Of a DNA stretch of 53,206 nt, positions 17,801 to 25,716 are shown in pieces. Within the stretch, counting starts at the first letter, position 1; every line of letters starts with the position of its first letter. Location of the stretch: the sequence record SRR31156797_6410; one strand, given 5' to 3'. The notes under the pieces were generated by a model. That model saw only the letters and a list, made by a program, of their open reading frames with translations. It searched no databases and had not been told where the DNA came from. The translations under genes were made by a program, and so were the position numbers.

Positions 17801-19094
17801 CAACGAACGGGACAAACAGCACTTTGTACCTAAAAAGCAATACGAGGAACCGGCAAAGATTATTTTTACCAAAGAGATGCGCAAGCAGCACACGCTCTTA
17901 TTGCCGATGTTGAGTCCCATCCATCAAAGCGGGTTAGTCGATGTTGCTTTGCAAGCTTCTGGGTATCAAGTGGTCTGTCTACCTAGTGAAGATCGTGAGG
18001 CGGTTAATGTCGGTTTACGCTTTGTCAATAATGATGCGTGCTATCCGGCGATCATTTCCATTGGACAGCTAGTAGAAGCATTGCAAAGCGGAAAATATGA
18101 TGTTGAAAATACCAGTGTTTTGATGACTCAGACGGGCGGCGGATGTCGTGCAACGAACTATATTCCTTTGTTACGTAAAGCACTGAACGATGCAGGATTT
18201 CCACAAGTGCCGGTGGTATCTATTTCGATGGGCAACACCGGGGTTGAATCAAATCCGGGCTTTCGCTTTACCTTACCGATGATGAAGCGTTTGGCGGTGG
18301 CATTTTTATACGGAGATCTCTTTGAACGGGTCGTTTATCGCACCCGTCCGTATGAGCAAGAAGCAGGGGCTGTCGATCGGCTCCATCAAGAATGGCTGGA
18401 AAAAATTGCCAAAAATGTCCGCAATGGCTCCTTCAGTCTGTTTAATCGAAATATGAAAAAAATCATTCAAGCCTTTGATCAAGTGCCGATAAGAGATATC
18501 AAGAAGCCGCGTGTCGGTGTCGTGGGAGAGATTTTAGTGAAGTATTCACCGACTGCCAATAACGATGTCGTTCGCCTGTTAGAAGCAGAAGGAGCGGAAG
18601 CGGTCGTACCAGATATTGTCGGCTTCATGAATTATTCCCTCTACAATCAGATTTGGCGCTACGAGCATTTGGGGATGGCGAAGAAAAGTAAAATGATCGC
18701 TGATTTTGCGATCATGGCGATTGAAAGGCTCCAAAAACCGATGGATAAAGCACTGAGGGCGTCAACGCGTTTTGATGGTATCCATTCGATCCATCAGCTT
18801 GCGGAGCAAGCGAGCGAGATTGTTTCCATTGGTAATCATACGGGAGAAGGCTGGTTCTTGACCGGTGAGATGATTGATCTATTGGAAAATAATGTCAACA
18901 ATATCATTTGTCTGCAACCATTTGGCTGTCTGCCCAATCATGTGGTAGGAAAAGGTGTTATGAAAGAATTACGTCGTCAATACCCGCAGGCGAACATTGC
19001 GGCCATTGATTATGATCCAGGTGTCTCGATCGTCAATCAATTGAATCGTATCCGCTTGTTGATGGCCACTGCCAATAAAGCGTTGGCTGAATAA
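14868..19094 (+). CDS. fused 2-hydroxyacyl-CoA dehydratase activator (2x BcrAD/BadFG) plus DUF2229/dehydratase-like protein (YxcA-like)
   Basis: Two ASKHA motifs GIDVGSTTVK and GIDAGSTTTK; Fe-S Cys motifs NGSCAGGTG, SRCGVF, NEACSSGCG, SRCTVF; C-terminal CYP, FGC, PFGCLPNH. Confidence 0.88.
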   Translation: MKKYKAGIDVGSTTVKMVLLDEGNQTCFSRYERHYADIQKAAEKIIREAQEVIEDQPLALAITGSGGMGLAEVLRIPFVQEVIACTKTVETMIPETDVAIELGGEDAKITFFEGALEQRMNGSCAGGTGAFIDQMAVLLKTDANGVNELAKDYQTLYPIASRCGVFAKTDVQPLINEGAAKADIASSIFQAVVNQTIAGLAAGRKIKGKVAFLGGPLTFMSELRQRFIDTLNLQEADIIFPENPELFVAMGAALYAEEEQQLSVLLARLANGEDGKLAPTDTLAPLFKDEEELTAFRARHAQAVATEKALSEHTGAAYLGIDAGSTTTKVVLINDAGELLFSFYGNNEGEPLATTMAVLQELYRQMPSDVYIAKSTITGYGEHLIKHALKVDIGEVETIAHYKAAEHFQPGVDFILDIGGQDMKAMTVKDGALSSIQLNEACSSGCGSFIETFAKSMNQDVKEFALAATKAQAPVDLGSRCTVFMNSKVKQVQKEGASVGDISAGLSYSVIKNAIYKVIKVRRPEDLGEKIVCQGGTFYNEAVLRAFELISGREVVRPSIAGLMGAYGAALIALEEAALDDVSTLLSPAEMADFQAEKEFTNCGLCENNCLLTVTLFSDGRKFITGNRCERGARIKIKKEDRKVNLVDEKYRRLFKYRSLRKKEAVHGEIGLPRVLNLYENYPLWHTFFTKLGFRVTLSPRSNKELYEQGIETIPSDTVCYPAKLAHGHIQALIDQNVPLIFYPGVIFERLENTAAENHFNCPIVQSYPEVIRNNVDAIREGAVDYRCPFLNLADEASMVKTLTSTFQDFGFVEEEIAQALRSGFEELDQFKTDIAQRGEETLRMLMTTNQKGIVLSGRPYHLDPEINHGIAEVITQEGFHVLTEDSIAHLANVGDLRVVDQWVYHSRLYAAARVVAKNKQLQLVQLNSFGCGIDAVTTDQVEEIMAQYGKLYTVLKIDEGANLGAIRIRLRSLKAAVNERDKQHFVPKKQYEEPAKIIFTKEMRKQHTLLLPMLSPIHQSGLVDVALQASGYQVVCLPSEDREAVNVGLRFVNNDACYPAIISIGQLVEALQSGKYDVENTSVLMTQTGGGCRATNYIPLLRKALNDAGFPQVPVVSISMGNTGVESNPGFRFTLPMMKRLAVAFLYGDLFERVVYRTRPYEQEAGAVDRLHQEWLEKIAKNVRNGSFSLFNRNMKKIIQAFDQVPIRDIKKPRVGVVGEILVKYSPTANNDVVRLLEAEGAEAVVPDIVGFMNYSLYNQIWRYEHLGMAKKSKMIADFAIMAIERLQKPMDKALRASTRFDGIHSIHQLAEQASEIVSIGNHTGEGWFLTGEMIDLLENNVNNIICLQPFGCLPNHVVGKGVMKELRRQYPQANIAAIDYDPGVSIVNQLNRIRLLMATANKALAE

Positions 19095-19127
19095 ATTCTC
19101 AAGCCAGCGACCGAACCAATTTAAAAG

Positions 19128-19238
19128 AAAAGCGACTGCTCTTGTTTGGACATTTTGTGATAACTTCTTTCTTCTGCCTATAAAATAGGGAAAGAATTCG
19201 CACAAATTGAGAAAAACAGAGCAGTTTTTGCTTTTTTT
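19128..19238 (+). terminator. long interrupted hairpin / terminator
   Basis: actgctct..tgttt with aaaca..gagcagt, ttctttc/gaaagaa, cctat/atagg nested stems, then T-run. Confidence 0.55.
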
Positions 19239-19247
19239 ATTAGCTAT

Positions 19248-19264
19248 TTAGGTATATACCAGTT
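19248..19264. promoter_or_regulatory. GntR/HutC-type (dre-like) operator in the gntR promoter
   Basis: Palindrome GGTATATACC between TAGCTA and TATAAT (17-nt spacer). Confidence 0.6.
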
Positions 19265-19293
19265 ATAATAGGAGGGGAACGGAGGAATGTGTA

Positions 19294-20001
19294 GTGGTGG
19301 AAAAATTACCTGTTTATATCCAGATTCATGATCAAATTAAAGCCAATATTGAAAACAATACATACAAAATCGGGGATCGTCTGCCCTCAGAGCGCGAGTT
19401 GTCGAAACAATTCGGTGTGAGTCGCATGACGTTGCGACAAGCGATCCAAACCTTAGCAGATGAGGGGATTCTTGAGCGTAAAATCGGTTCCGGCACTTAT
19501 GTGGCTCGCCAAAAAGTACAGGAGAAAATGACGGGCACGACGAGTTTTACCGAAATCATGAATTCTCTTGGTCGTAAACCTTCTAGCAAAGCGGTCGCTT
19601 ATTTCTTGACTGCACCTAGCTCCAGTGAAATGGAAAAGCTGCAATTAGAAGGTCACGAAACGATTTTACGGATGGAGCGGATTCGGTATGCGGATGATGT
19701 GCCGATCTGTTTTGAAGTCGCGAGTATCCCTGAGAAGTTTATTCATGACTTTAGCAAAGAGGAGATCATCTCTTCCCTCTATAAAGTTTTAGAGGAAAAA
19801 GGACAACGGAAAATCGGTGGCGCTTCACAGACAATCTCAGCCATGGTCGCTTCCGAGCAAATTGCTGATTACTTACAAATCAAACGCGGCGATGCGATTT
19901 TACGTATGCGGCAAATCACTTCATTTGAAGATGGTCAACCATTTGAATACGTGCGCACCCAATATGTTGGTAATCGTTTTGAATTTTATATGGAAAAATA
20001 A
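19294..20001 (+). CDS. GntR/HutC family regulator with UTRA domain (NagR-like)
   Basis: LPSERELSKQFGVSRMTLRQA HTH; UTRA C-terminus. Confidence 0.92.
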   Translation: MVEKLPVYIQIHDQIKANIENNTYKIGDRLPSERELSKQFGVSRMTLRQAIQTLADEGILERKIGSGTYVARQKVQEKMTGTTSFTEIMNSLGRKPSSKAVAYFLTAPSSSEMEKLQLEGHETILRMERIRYADDVPICFEVASIPEKFIHDFSKEEIISSLYKVLEEKGQRKIGGASQTISAMVASEQIADYLQIKRGDAILRMRQITSFEDGQPFEYVRTQYVGNRFEFYMEK

Positions 20002-20026
20002 CCTGTCTATTTCAATTGGCAACAAA

Positions 20027-20122
20027 AAGCCCAAAAAAGCCGAAAGGACCCTACGAGCGTTTCAGCTGTTGCGTAGCGTCGCTGGTTGCATGACCGTTTC
20101 GGCTTTTCAAATATTTGGGCTT
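20027..20122. repeat. ~95-nt branched palindrome between convergent genes
   Basis: aagcccaaa/tttgggctt and aaaagccgaaa/tttcggctttt nested arms. Confidence 0.55.
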
Positions 20123-20201
20123 CCTGCATTGGTTGTAGCAAACTTGGCAGCGTCCTCCTTGAGGAAAAGAGCACACACTGGAAGGTCTTTAGTAAGCTGG
20201 C

Positions 20202-20849
20202 TTACTCTGTGGACTGCTCGATCAAGCGTTCTACATATTCGGTAGTCCCTCTGGTCAATTGCACTTGACCTTGTAGCAAATCGATCAGAGCGGCTTCTTG
20301 GTCGGCAAGTACTGCTTCAGGAATCATTAAGGTGACAACGATTTTCTCCGTATAAGCAATATCTTTTATATAGATATTCTGCAGTTCTAAGTAGTTTTGG
20401 AGCTTGCCTAAAAGGGGATAATCGATGGTCAAGGCAAGTTCTTGATGCAAAATACCCTCGACGATTCCTACCTCTTTGATTCCAGCAGAGGCCGAACTTG
20501 AATAAGCGCGAATCAATCCACCAGCACCCAGTTTCGTTCCACCGAAGTAGCGGGTAACAACGGCGATCACATTGATCAGTTCGTTTTTCTTTAACACTTC
20601 TAAAATCGGTACCCCAGCGGTGCCGCTCGGTTCACCATCATCACTGCTGCGCTGGATCTCATGATTTTCACCTAATACATAGGCGCTGCAATGATGATTT
20701 GCCTTCCAATGCTCTTTCTTGAGGGCTTGAATAAACGCTTTGGCTTCGTCTTCTGATTGAATTCGTTTTAATGAACAGAGGAAACGCGATTTTTTGATTT
20801 CTATTTCTGTTTCTCCGTCTTGTCGAATCGTTCGATAAGTCACGCGCAC
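20202..20849 (-). CDS. yigZ: YigZ/IMPACT family protein
   Basis: IKKSRF, ANHHCSAY, SDDGEPSGTAG, VTRYFGGTKLGAGGLIRAY. Confidence 0.93.
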   Translation of the reverse strand: MRVTYRTIRQDGETEIEIKKSRFLCSLKRIQSEDEAKAFIQALKKEHWKANHHCSAYVLGENHEIQRSSDDGEPSGTAGVPILEVLKKNELINVIAVVTRYFGGTKLGAGGLIRAYSSSASAGIKEVGIVEGILHQELALTIDYPLLGKLQNYLELQNIYIKDIAYTEKIVVTLMIPEAVLADQEAALIDLLQGQVQLTRGTTEYVERLIEQSTE

Positions 20850-20953
20850 GATCGCCTCCTTTATGTTTCTAGTATATGCAATCGGAAGGAAAGTTACAAA
20901 TAGAAGAAAGAAACAGGTACGAACATAGACTCTAAAAAGAGGAGGCAGTTGCT

Positions 20954-21247
20954 TTGGGTAGACGCAAAAAGTACGATACGATCACTCACTATTTAAAAAA
21001 CAACGGTGGTTCGCAAATCACCTTAACGTTTACGCAGTTTGATGAATTTCTTTTCCCCGCATCCGGTTTGCCCAAAAGTGCCCGCACCAGTAGCGATTGG
21101 TGGGCGAATGATTACCGACATCCAGAAAATGGGGCTTATGCGTGGCTGAATGCCGGCTACGAGGTAGTCCTAGTCAATTTAAAAAAAGAGTACGTCGTTT
21201 TTAATCGTTTAGTAAAATCAAACTGGTTGCTGGATAGAAAGCGTTGA
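20954..21247 (+). CDS. conserved hypothetical protein
   Basis: SD ggagg plus TTG; KY..L.....ITLTF......LP.SA.....WWAN...AWLNAGY pattern. Confidence 0.75.
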   Translation: MGRRKKYDTITHYLKNNGGSQITLTFTQFDEFLFPASGLPKSARTSSDWWANDYRHPENGAYAWLNAGYEVVLVNLKKEYVVFNRLVKSNWLLDRKR

Positions 21248-21319
21248 CAAATTTCAAACTTGTTCTATACTAGAGATAGGAAATGTTATCTTATTCTTAA
21301 AATTCAAGGAGTGTTCGAT

Positions 21320-21640
21320 ATGGCGAAAAAAACAATTATGTTAGTTTGTTCTGCAGGGATGAGTACAAGCTTATTAGTAACAAAAATGCAAAAAGCAGCT
21401 GAAGCAAAAGGATTAGAAGCAGATATTTTTGCAGTTTCCGCATCAGAAGCAGATCAACATTTAGAAAGCAAAGACGTAAACGTTTTACTATTAGGACCAC
21501 AAGTTCGTTTCATGAAAGGCGATTTCGAGAAACGTCTAGCGCCAAAAGGAATTCCATTAGAAGTAATCAACATGGCAGATTACGGCATGATGAACGGCGA
21601 AAAAGTCTTAGATCAAGCTTTGACATTGATCGGCGAATAA
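21320..21640 (+). CDS. PTS lactose/cellobiose family IIB component
   Basis: IMLVCSAGMSTSLLV, LLGPQVRF; promoter TTGACA-16-TATACT at 21244-21271. Confidence 0.93.
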   Translation: MAKKTIMLVCSAGMSTSLLVTKMQKAAEAKGLEADIFAVSASEADQHLESKDVNVLLLGPQVRFMKGDFEKRLAPKGIPLEVINMADYGMMNGEKVLDQALTLIGE

Positions 21641-21675
21641 GCAAGACCTGCTGTTGAAGCAAACAAGAAACCTGT

Positions 21676-21720
21676 AATCGGTTCAAGTACTTTTCAAAAA
21701 GTACTTGAACCGATTTTTTT
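21676..21720 (+). terminator. intrinsic terminator (perfect 19-bp stem)
   Basis: aatcggttcaagtactttt-ca-aaaagtacttgaaccgatt plus T-run. Confidence 0.9.
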
Positions 21721-21746
21721 GCGTACTTAAAACTGAGGTGTATGTT

Positions 21747-23057
21747 ATGACCAATCAAAAAGGAAGACAATTTTTTGTTTTAGATGAAACAATGAGTGTA
21801 GGAAAAACTTTTGATTCTCGACCGGCAATGCTCGAGCAGGGGAAGAGAATCGTTTGTCAGCGTTGCGGTTCTTCCCACCACAAGCCGTCGGTTCTATTGC
21901 CGATAGGCTGCTATTACTGTCCAACTTGTATTCGCTATGGTCGGATCACATCAGATGGCCAACTCGTAATTCAACAAACGGATCTTGCAGCCTTTGATCA
22001 CAAGATCGTTTGGCCAGGAGTGTTGACTTCGTTTCAGCAAAAAATTTCTCAGCAATTAGTGGCAAATTGTCGACAAAAGAAATCGTCTCTTGTTTGGTCA
22101 GTCACGGGTTCAGGGAAGACCGAGATGATCTTTGAAACGATCCGCCACATACGGCAAGAAGGTGGTCGTGTGGCGATCGTCTCGCCACGGATCGATGTCT
22201 GCCGTGAACTGTTCCCCCGGATTCAACAAGCGTTCCCACAAGAGGAAAGCCTGCTCCTTTATGGGAAATCAGAAGAACCTTATCGTTATACAACGATCCT
22301 TATTGCCACCACTCATCAGCTACTGCATTTTTATCGCAGCTTTCAACTGATCGTGGTGGATGAGATAGATGCATTTCCCTACGAGGGCGATGCGCAGCTG
22401 CGTTACGGATTATACAATGCCTTGGCAGAAAACGGGTGTCTGATCTATTTAAGTGCGACGCCTTCAAAACGATTGTTGCAAGAAATTTATTCGGAATTTG
22501 CAGTGTTAAAAATGCCTCTACGGTTTCATCAGCGTCCGCTGATCGTTCCGAAACCTATTCATTATAGCCGCTGGGCGCAGGCTTATCGCAAAAAACGTTG
22601 GCTGCGACCATTGCTACAGCACTTGCAGCGGTTGGTTAAAAAAAACTTTGTCTTGGTATTTTGTCCAAGTATTCAGCTGATGAAGGAAATGGAAGGGGCA
22701 GTCCGCAGGCAAGAAGCATCATGGCTCCTCACTAGTGTTTCTTCACAAGATGAAAAACGGAGGGAAAAAGTCCAATCGGCACGCAGCCAAGTGTACAAGG
22801 TGTTGTTTACAACGATGATTTTAGAACGAGGTGTAACGTTTGAAAATGTCTCAGTGGTGGTACTGGGAGCCAATCACCCGGTCTTTACAAAATCGGCGTT
22901 AGTACAAATCGCTGGCCGTGTCGATCGCAAAGGTGCGTTTACAGAAGGGGAAGTCATTTTTTTCTACGACCAAACGACAGAAGCGATCCGTCAAGCAATC
23001 AAAGAAATCAATGAGATGAACCAATTAGCAAGGAGCTGGTTGACCGATGGAGTGTAG
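21747..23057 (+). CDS. comFA: competence DEAD-box helicase ComFA
   Basis: Zn finger CQRC..CPTC; VTGSGKTE; DEIDAFPY; ILERGVTF; QIAGRVDR; synteny. Confidence 0.9.
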   Translation: MTNQKGRQFFVLDETMSVGKTFDSRPAMLEQGKRIVCQRCGSSHHKPSVLLPIGCYYCPTCIRYGRITSDGQLVIQQTDLAAFDHKIVWPGVLTSFQQKISQQLVANCRQKKSSLVWSVTGSGKTEMIFETIRHIRQEGGRVAIVSPRIDVCRELFPRIQQAFPQEESLLLYGKSEEPYRYTTILIATTHQLLHFYRSFQLIVVDEIDAFPYEGDAQLRYGLYNALAENGCLIYLSATPSKRLLQEIYSEFAVLKMPLRFHQRPLIVPKPIHYSRWAQAYRKKRWLRPLLQHLQRLVKKNFVLVFCPSIQLMKEMEGAVRRQEASWLLTSVSSQDEKRREKVQSARSQVYKVLFTTMILERGVTFENVSVVVLGANHPVFTKSALVQIAGRVDRKGAFTEGEVIFFYDQTTEAIRQAIKEINEMNQLARSWLTDGV

Positions 23058-23730
23058 TTGGTGCCAAATATTTTTTTCAAGAGAGGTAACGATCATTGAG
23101 CTGTTGGCTCCTTGGCGCATCCCCGAAAAAGAATTATGTCCACAATGCGCTCAGCGATTTACAGTGATCAATTGGCAAAGCTGCTGCCCAACATGTGGCA
23201 AAAAGGATACCATTTCCTGCAGTGACTGTCTCTTTTGGGCGAAAACCTGTCCCATGATCCATTTGCAGCATCGGGCACTGTTCGCTTACGATCAAGGGAT
23301 GAAGGAGTGGATTCACGAATACAAATTAATGGGAAACTATCAGTTGCGAGAGACCTTTGCTGCTGCCATCAGACAAAAGATCAACAACTTTGATTACGAT
23401 TGTTTGATACCCATCCCGCTATCGGCAGAACGTTACCAGGAGCGAGGGTTTAATCAAGTGACCGCTGTGCTGGACGCAGGCGGAGTTAAGTCGAAAGAAT
23501 GGCTGGATAAAGTGGTTGATACCGCACCACAAGCTCAACGTTCTCGCAAGCAACGATTAGAGGAGGTGCAACCTTTTGCGGTGAAGCCAGAGGCAACGGT
23601 TGAAATAAAAAACAAGAAACTGTTGTTGATCGATGATGTTTACACTACCGGTAGAACGTTATATCACGCAGCTGAAGCATTGCAGACCTTTGGCCCCCAG
23701 TCGATTCGATCCTTTTCCTTTGCCCGTTGA
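23047..23730 (+). CDS. comFC: ComFC (phosphoribosyltransferase-like, double Zn ribbon)
   Basis: CxxC pairs; ERGFNQ; LLIDDVYTTGRT. Confidence 0.9.
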   Translation: MECSWCQIFFSREVTIIELLAPWRIPEKELCPQCAQRFTVINWQSCCPTCGKKDTISCSDCLFWAKTCPMIHLQHRALFAYDQGMKEWIHEYKLMGNYQLRETFAAAIRQKINNFDYDCLIPIPLSAERYQERGFNQVTAVLDAGGVKSKEWLDKVVDTAPQAQRSRKQRLEEVQPFAVKPEATVEIKNKKLLLIDDVYTTGRTLYHAAEALQTFGPQSIRSFSFAR

Positions 23731-23740
23731 ATCGTTATTT

Positions 23741-23754
23741 TGAAAACGCTTAAA
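23741..23754 (+). promoter_or_regulatory. cre (CcpA) site upstream of hpf promoter
   Basis: TGAAAACGCTTAAA, 18 nt before TAGGCA-17-TATAAT. Confidence 0.6.
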
Positions 23755-23867
23755 GAAATTTGTTCGATTTACTAGGCAAATGAGCAAGAGTTCGATATAA
23801 TAGAGTTAAGAAGAAGAAAAGAGTGGTCCTTTTCCTTCTTTACTGGTAGACGAAAGGGGTAATTTTT

Positions 23868-24425
23868 ATGTTTAGATATAATGTGCGCGGCGAAAATATC
23901 GAGGTAACAGAAGCGATCCGTGATTACGTCGAGAAAAAAGTAGGTAAATTAGAACGTTATTTTAACGATGTGCCGGAAGCAACAGCACATGTTAATTTGA
24001 AAGTTTATACTGAAAAAACAGCAAAAGTAGAAGTAACGATTCCTTTACCATTCTTAGTTCTGCGTGCGGAAGAAACCTCACCTGATCTATATGCTAGTAT
24101 CGATTTGGTTGTTGACAAATTGGAACGCCAAATCCGCAAATTTAAAACAAAAATCAACCGCAAATCTCGCGAGACAGCATTGGTTCCGCCAACAGATGGT
24201 GATTTGTTCACAACTGAAGCAAACGATGAAGAAAACAATGGTTCTGAATTAGACATCGTACGTACAAAACGTTTGTCTTTAAAACCAATGGACAGTGAAG
24301 AAGCTGTTTTACAAATGAACATGCTTGGACACAACTTCTTTATCTTTGAAGATGCGGAAACGAATGGAACGAGCATTGTGTATCGTCGAAAAGATGGCAA
24401 ATACGGGTTGATCGAAACCGATTAA
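23868..24425 (+). CDS. hpf: long ribosome hibernation promoting factor
   Basis: [50 protein letters not shown]. Confidence 0.96.
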   Translation: MFRYNVRGENIEVTEAIRDYVEKKVGKLERYFNDVPEATAHVNLKVYTEKTAKVEVTIPLPFLVLRAEETSPDLYASIDLVVDKLERQIRKFKTKINRKSRETALVPPTDGDLFTTEANDEENNGSELDIVRTKRLSLKPMDSEEAVLQMNMLGHNFFIFEDAETNGTSIVYRRKDGKYGLIETD

Positions 24426-24473
24426 CAAGTGTTGATACCTTTTTCTCGACACCCCAAAAAATAGTCTTTTTTG

Positions 24474-24505
24474 ACAGAGTAGCTGAGAAGCTACTCTGTT
24501 TTTTT
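24474..24505 (+). terminator. intrinsic terminator
   Basis: acagagtagct-gaga-agctactctgt plus T-run. Confidence 0.9.
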
Positions 24506-24612
24506 ATACTCGTTAAATTGGCTGGAAATCTTTTTTATATAGAGAGTGTCTTGGTTATTCTTTTGGTTTATTATGTTATACTATAGATGAAATAATACAA
24601 GGAGAGTGAATC

Positions 24613-25560
24613 ATGACTACGCTAGCAGATGTTGCTAAAAAAGCAAATGTTTCCGCAATGACCGTTTCTCGAGTGATCAATCATCCGGACAAAGTAACTG
24701 AAGAGTTAAAGCAGCTGGTTCATCAAGCGATGCTTGAATTGGATTATCAGCCGAATATTGCTGCCAAATCATTAGTTTCCAAGCGTTCCCATATCATCAA
24801 AGTGTATATTTTAGAGGAGATGGATACGACGGAACCTTACTATATGAACTTATTGGTTGGGATCGCTCGTTCTATTGGTAAAGCACACTATTCTTTGCAG
24901 CTAGTTACGACTGACGGGGTGGATCGTGGTCCAGCAGATGGCTGCATCATTACGGGCTTTCGCCAGGCTGACATGGACTGGATAAGAAATTTAAGAAAGC
25001 CTGTGGTGTTATTTGGCGAAAATGAAGCTGGGTTCAGTTTTGTTGACAGTGACAACTACCAAGGAATCGTTTCTGCATGCAAACATGCTATCGACACCGG
25101 CTATCAACAATTGGTCTATATTGGTTTAGAGTTGGAAGAAGCGTTTACGAAAAGCCGAGAAAAAGGGTACATAGATACAGTCACAAAAGCGGGAATATCA
25201 CCAAAAATCTATCGTTTTGACAACCGATCTTCCGCCGCCCGCAAGTTTATCCAATCGCAGAATGAGCATTTAATGAAAAACACTTGTTTTATCTGTGCCA
25301 CAGATCGTTTAGCGTTAGGCATCAATCAAGGCTTACAGTCGATCGGAGTGGAGGTGCCAGATGATTTTGGGATCATCGGCTACGATGGCGTATTCCTTGA
25401 TCAGGTAAGTTCGCCAAAATTGACAACGATGAAGCAAGCCATTGTGGAAATGGGGGAAGTTTGCGGCGAATTATTGATCCAAAAAATCGAACATAATGAT
25501 ACGAGCCAGCGACAACAGCGCTTTTTACCTCAACTCGTGGTTCGTGAATCCACAAAATGA
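24613..25560 (+). CDS. LacI family regulator
   Basis: TLADVAKKANVSAMTVSRVIN HTH; VPDDFGIIGYD; LVVREST. Confidence 0.93.
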   Translation: MTTLADVAKKANVSAMTVSRVINHPDKVTEELKQLVHQAMLELDYQPNIAAKSLVSKRSHIIKVYILEEMDTTEPYYMNLLVGIARSIGKAHYSLQLVTTDGVDRGPADGCIITGFRQADMDWIRNLRKPVVLFGENEAGFSFVDSDNYQGIVSACKHAIDTGYQQLVYIGLELEEAFTKSREKGYIDTVTKAGISPKIYRFDNRSSAARKFIQSQNEHLMKNTCFICATDRLALGINQGLQSIGVEVPDDFGIIGYDGVFLDQVSSPKLTTMKQAIVEMGEVCGELLIQKIEHNDTSQRQQRFLPQLVVRESTK

Positions 25561-25632
25561 AAAATTAAGCAAATGGTTGCGCAATTTCTTTTCGATTCAT
25601 CGACATCTTAATTTAAAGGCTTTTTCTATTTT

Positions 25633-25687
25633 TGTTATCGCTAACATTTAGAAAAGGTTTGCCATTTTAAGAAACCGGTTGCATAAT
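25633..25687 (+). promoter_or_regulatory. ABC operon promoter with LacI-type operator and cre-like site
   Basis: Palindrome TGTTATCGCTAACA (25633-25646); TTGCCA-17-CATAAT; AGAAACCGGTTGCA in the spacer. Confidence 0.6.
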
Positions 25688-25716
25688 GGAGTTACAAATT
25701 GCAGGAGGTAAACAGG

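Noticed and set aside
19817..20268. Plus-strand ORFs 19817-20245 and 20086-20268
   Set aside because: Overlap gntR, the palindrome and yigZ; no SD or homology cues.
23802..23867. raiA motif RNA upstream of hpf
   Set aside because: Leader is only about 60 nt with one hairpin; too short for that large structured RNA.
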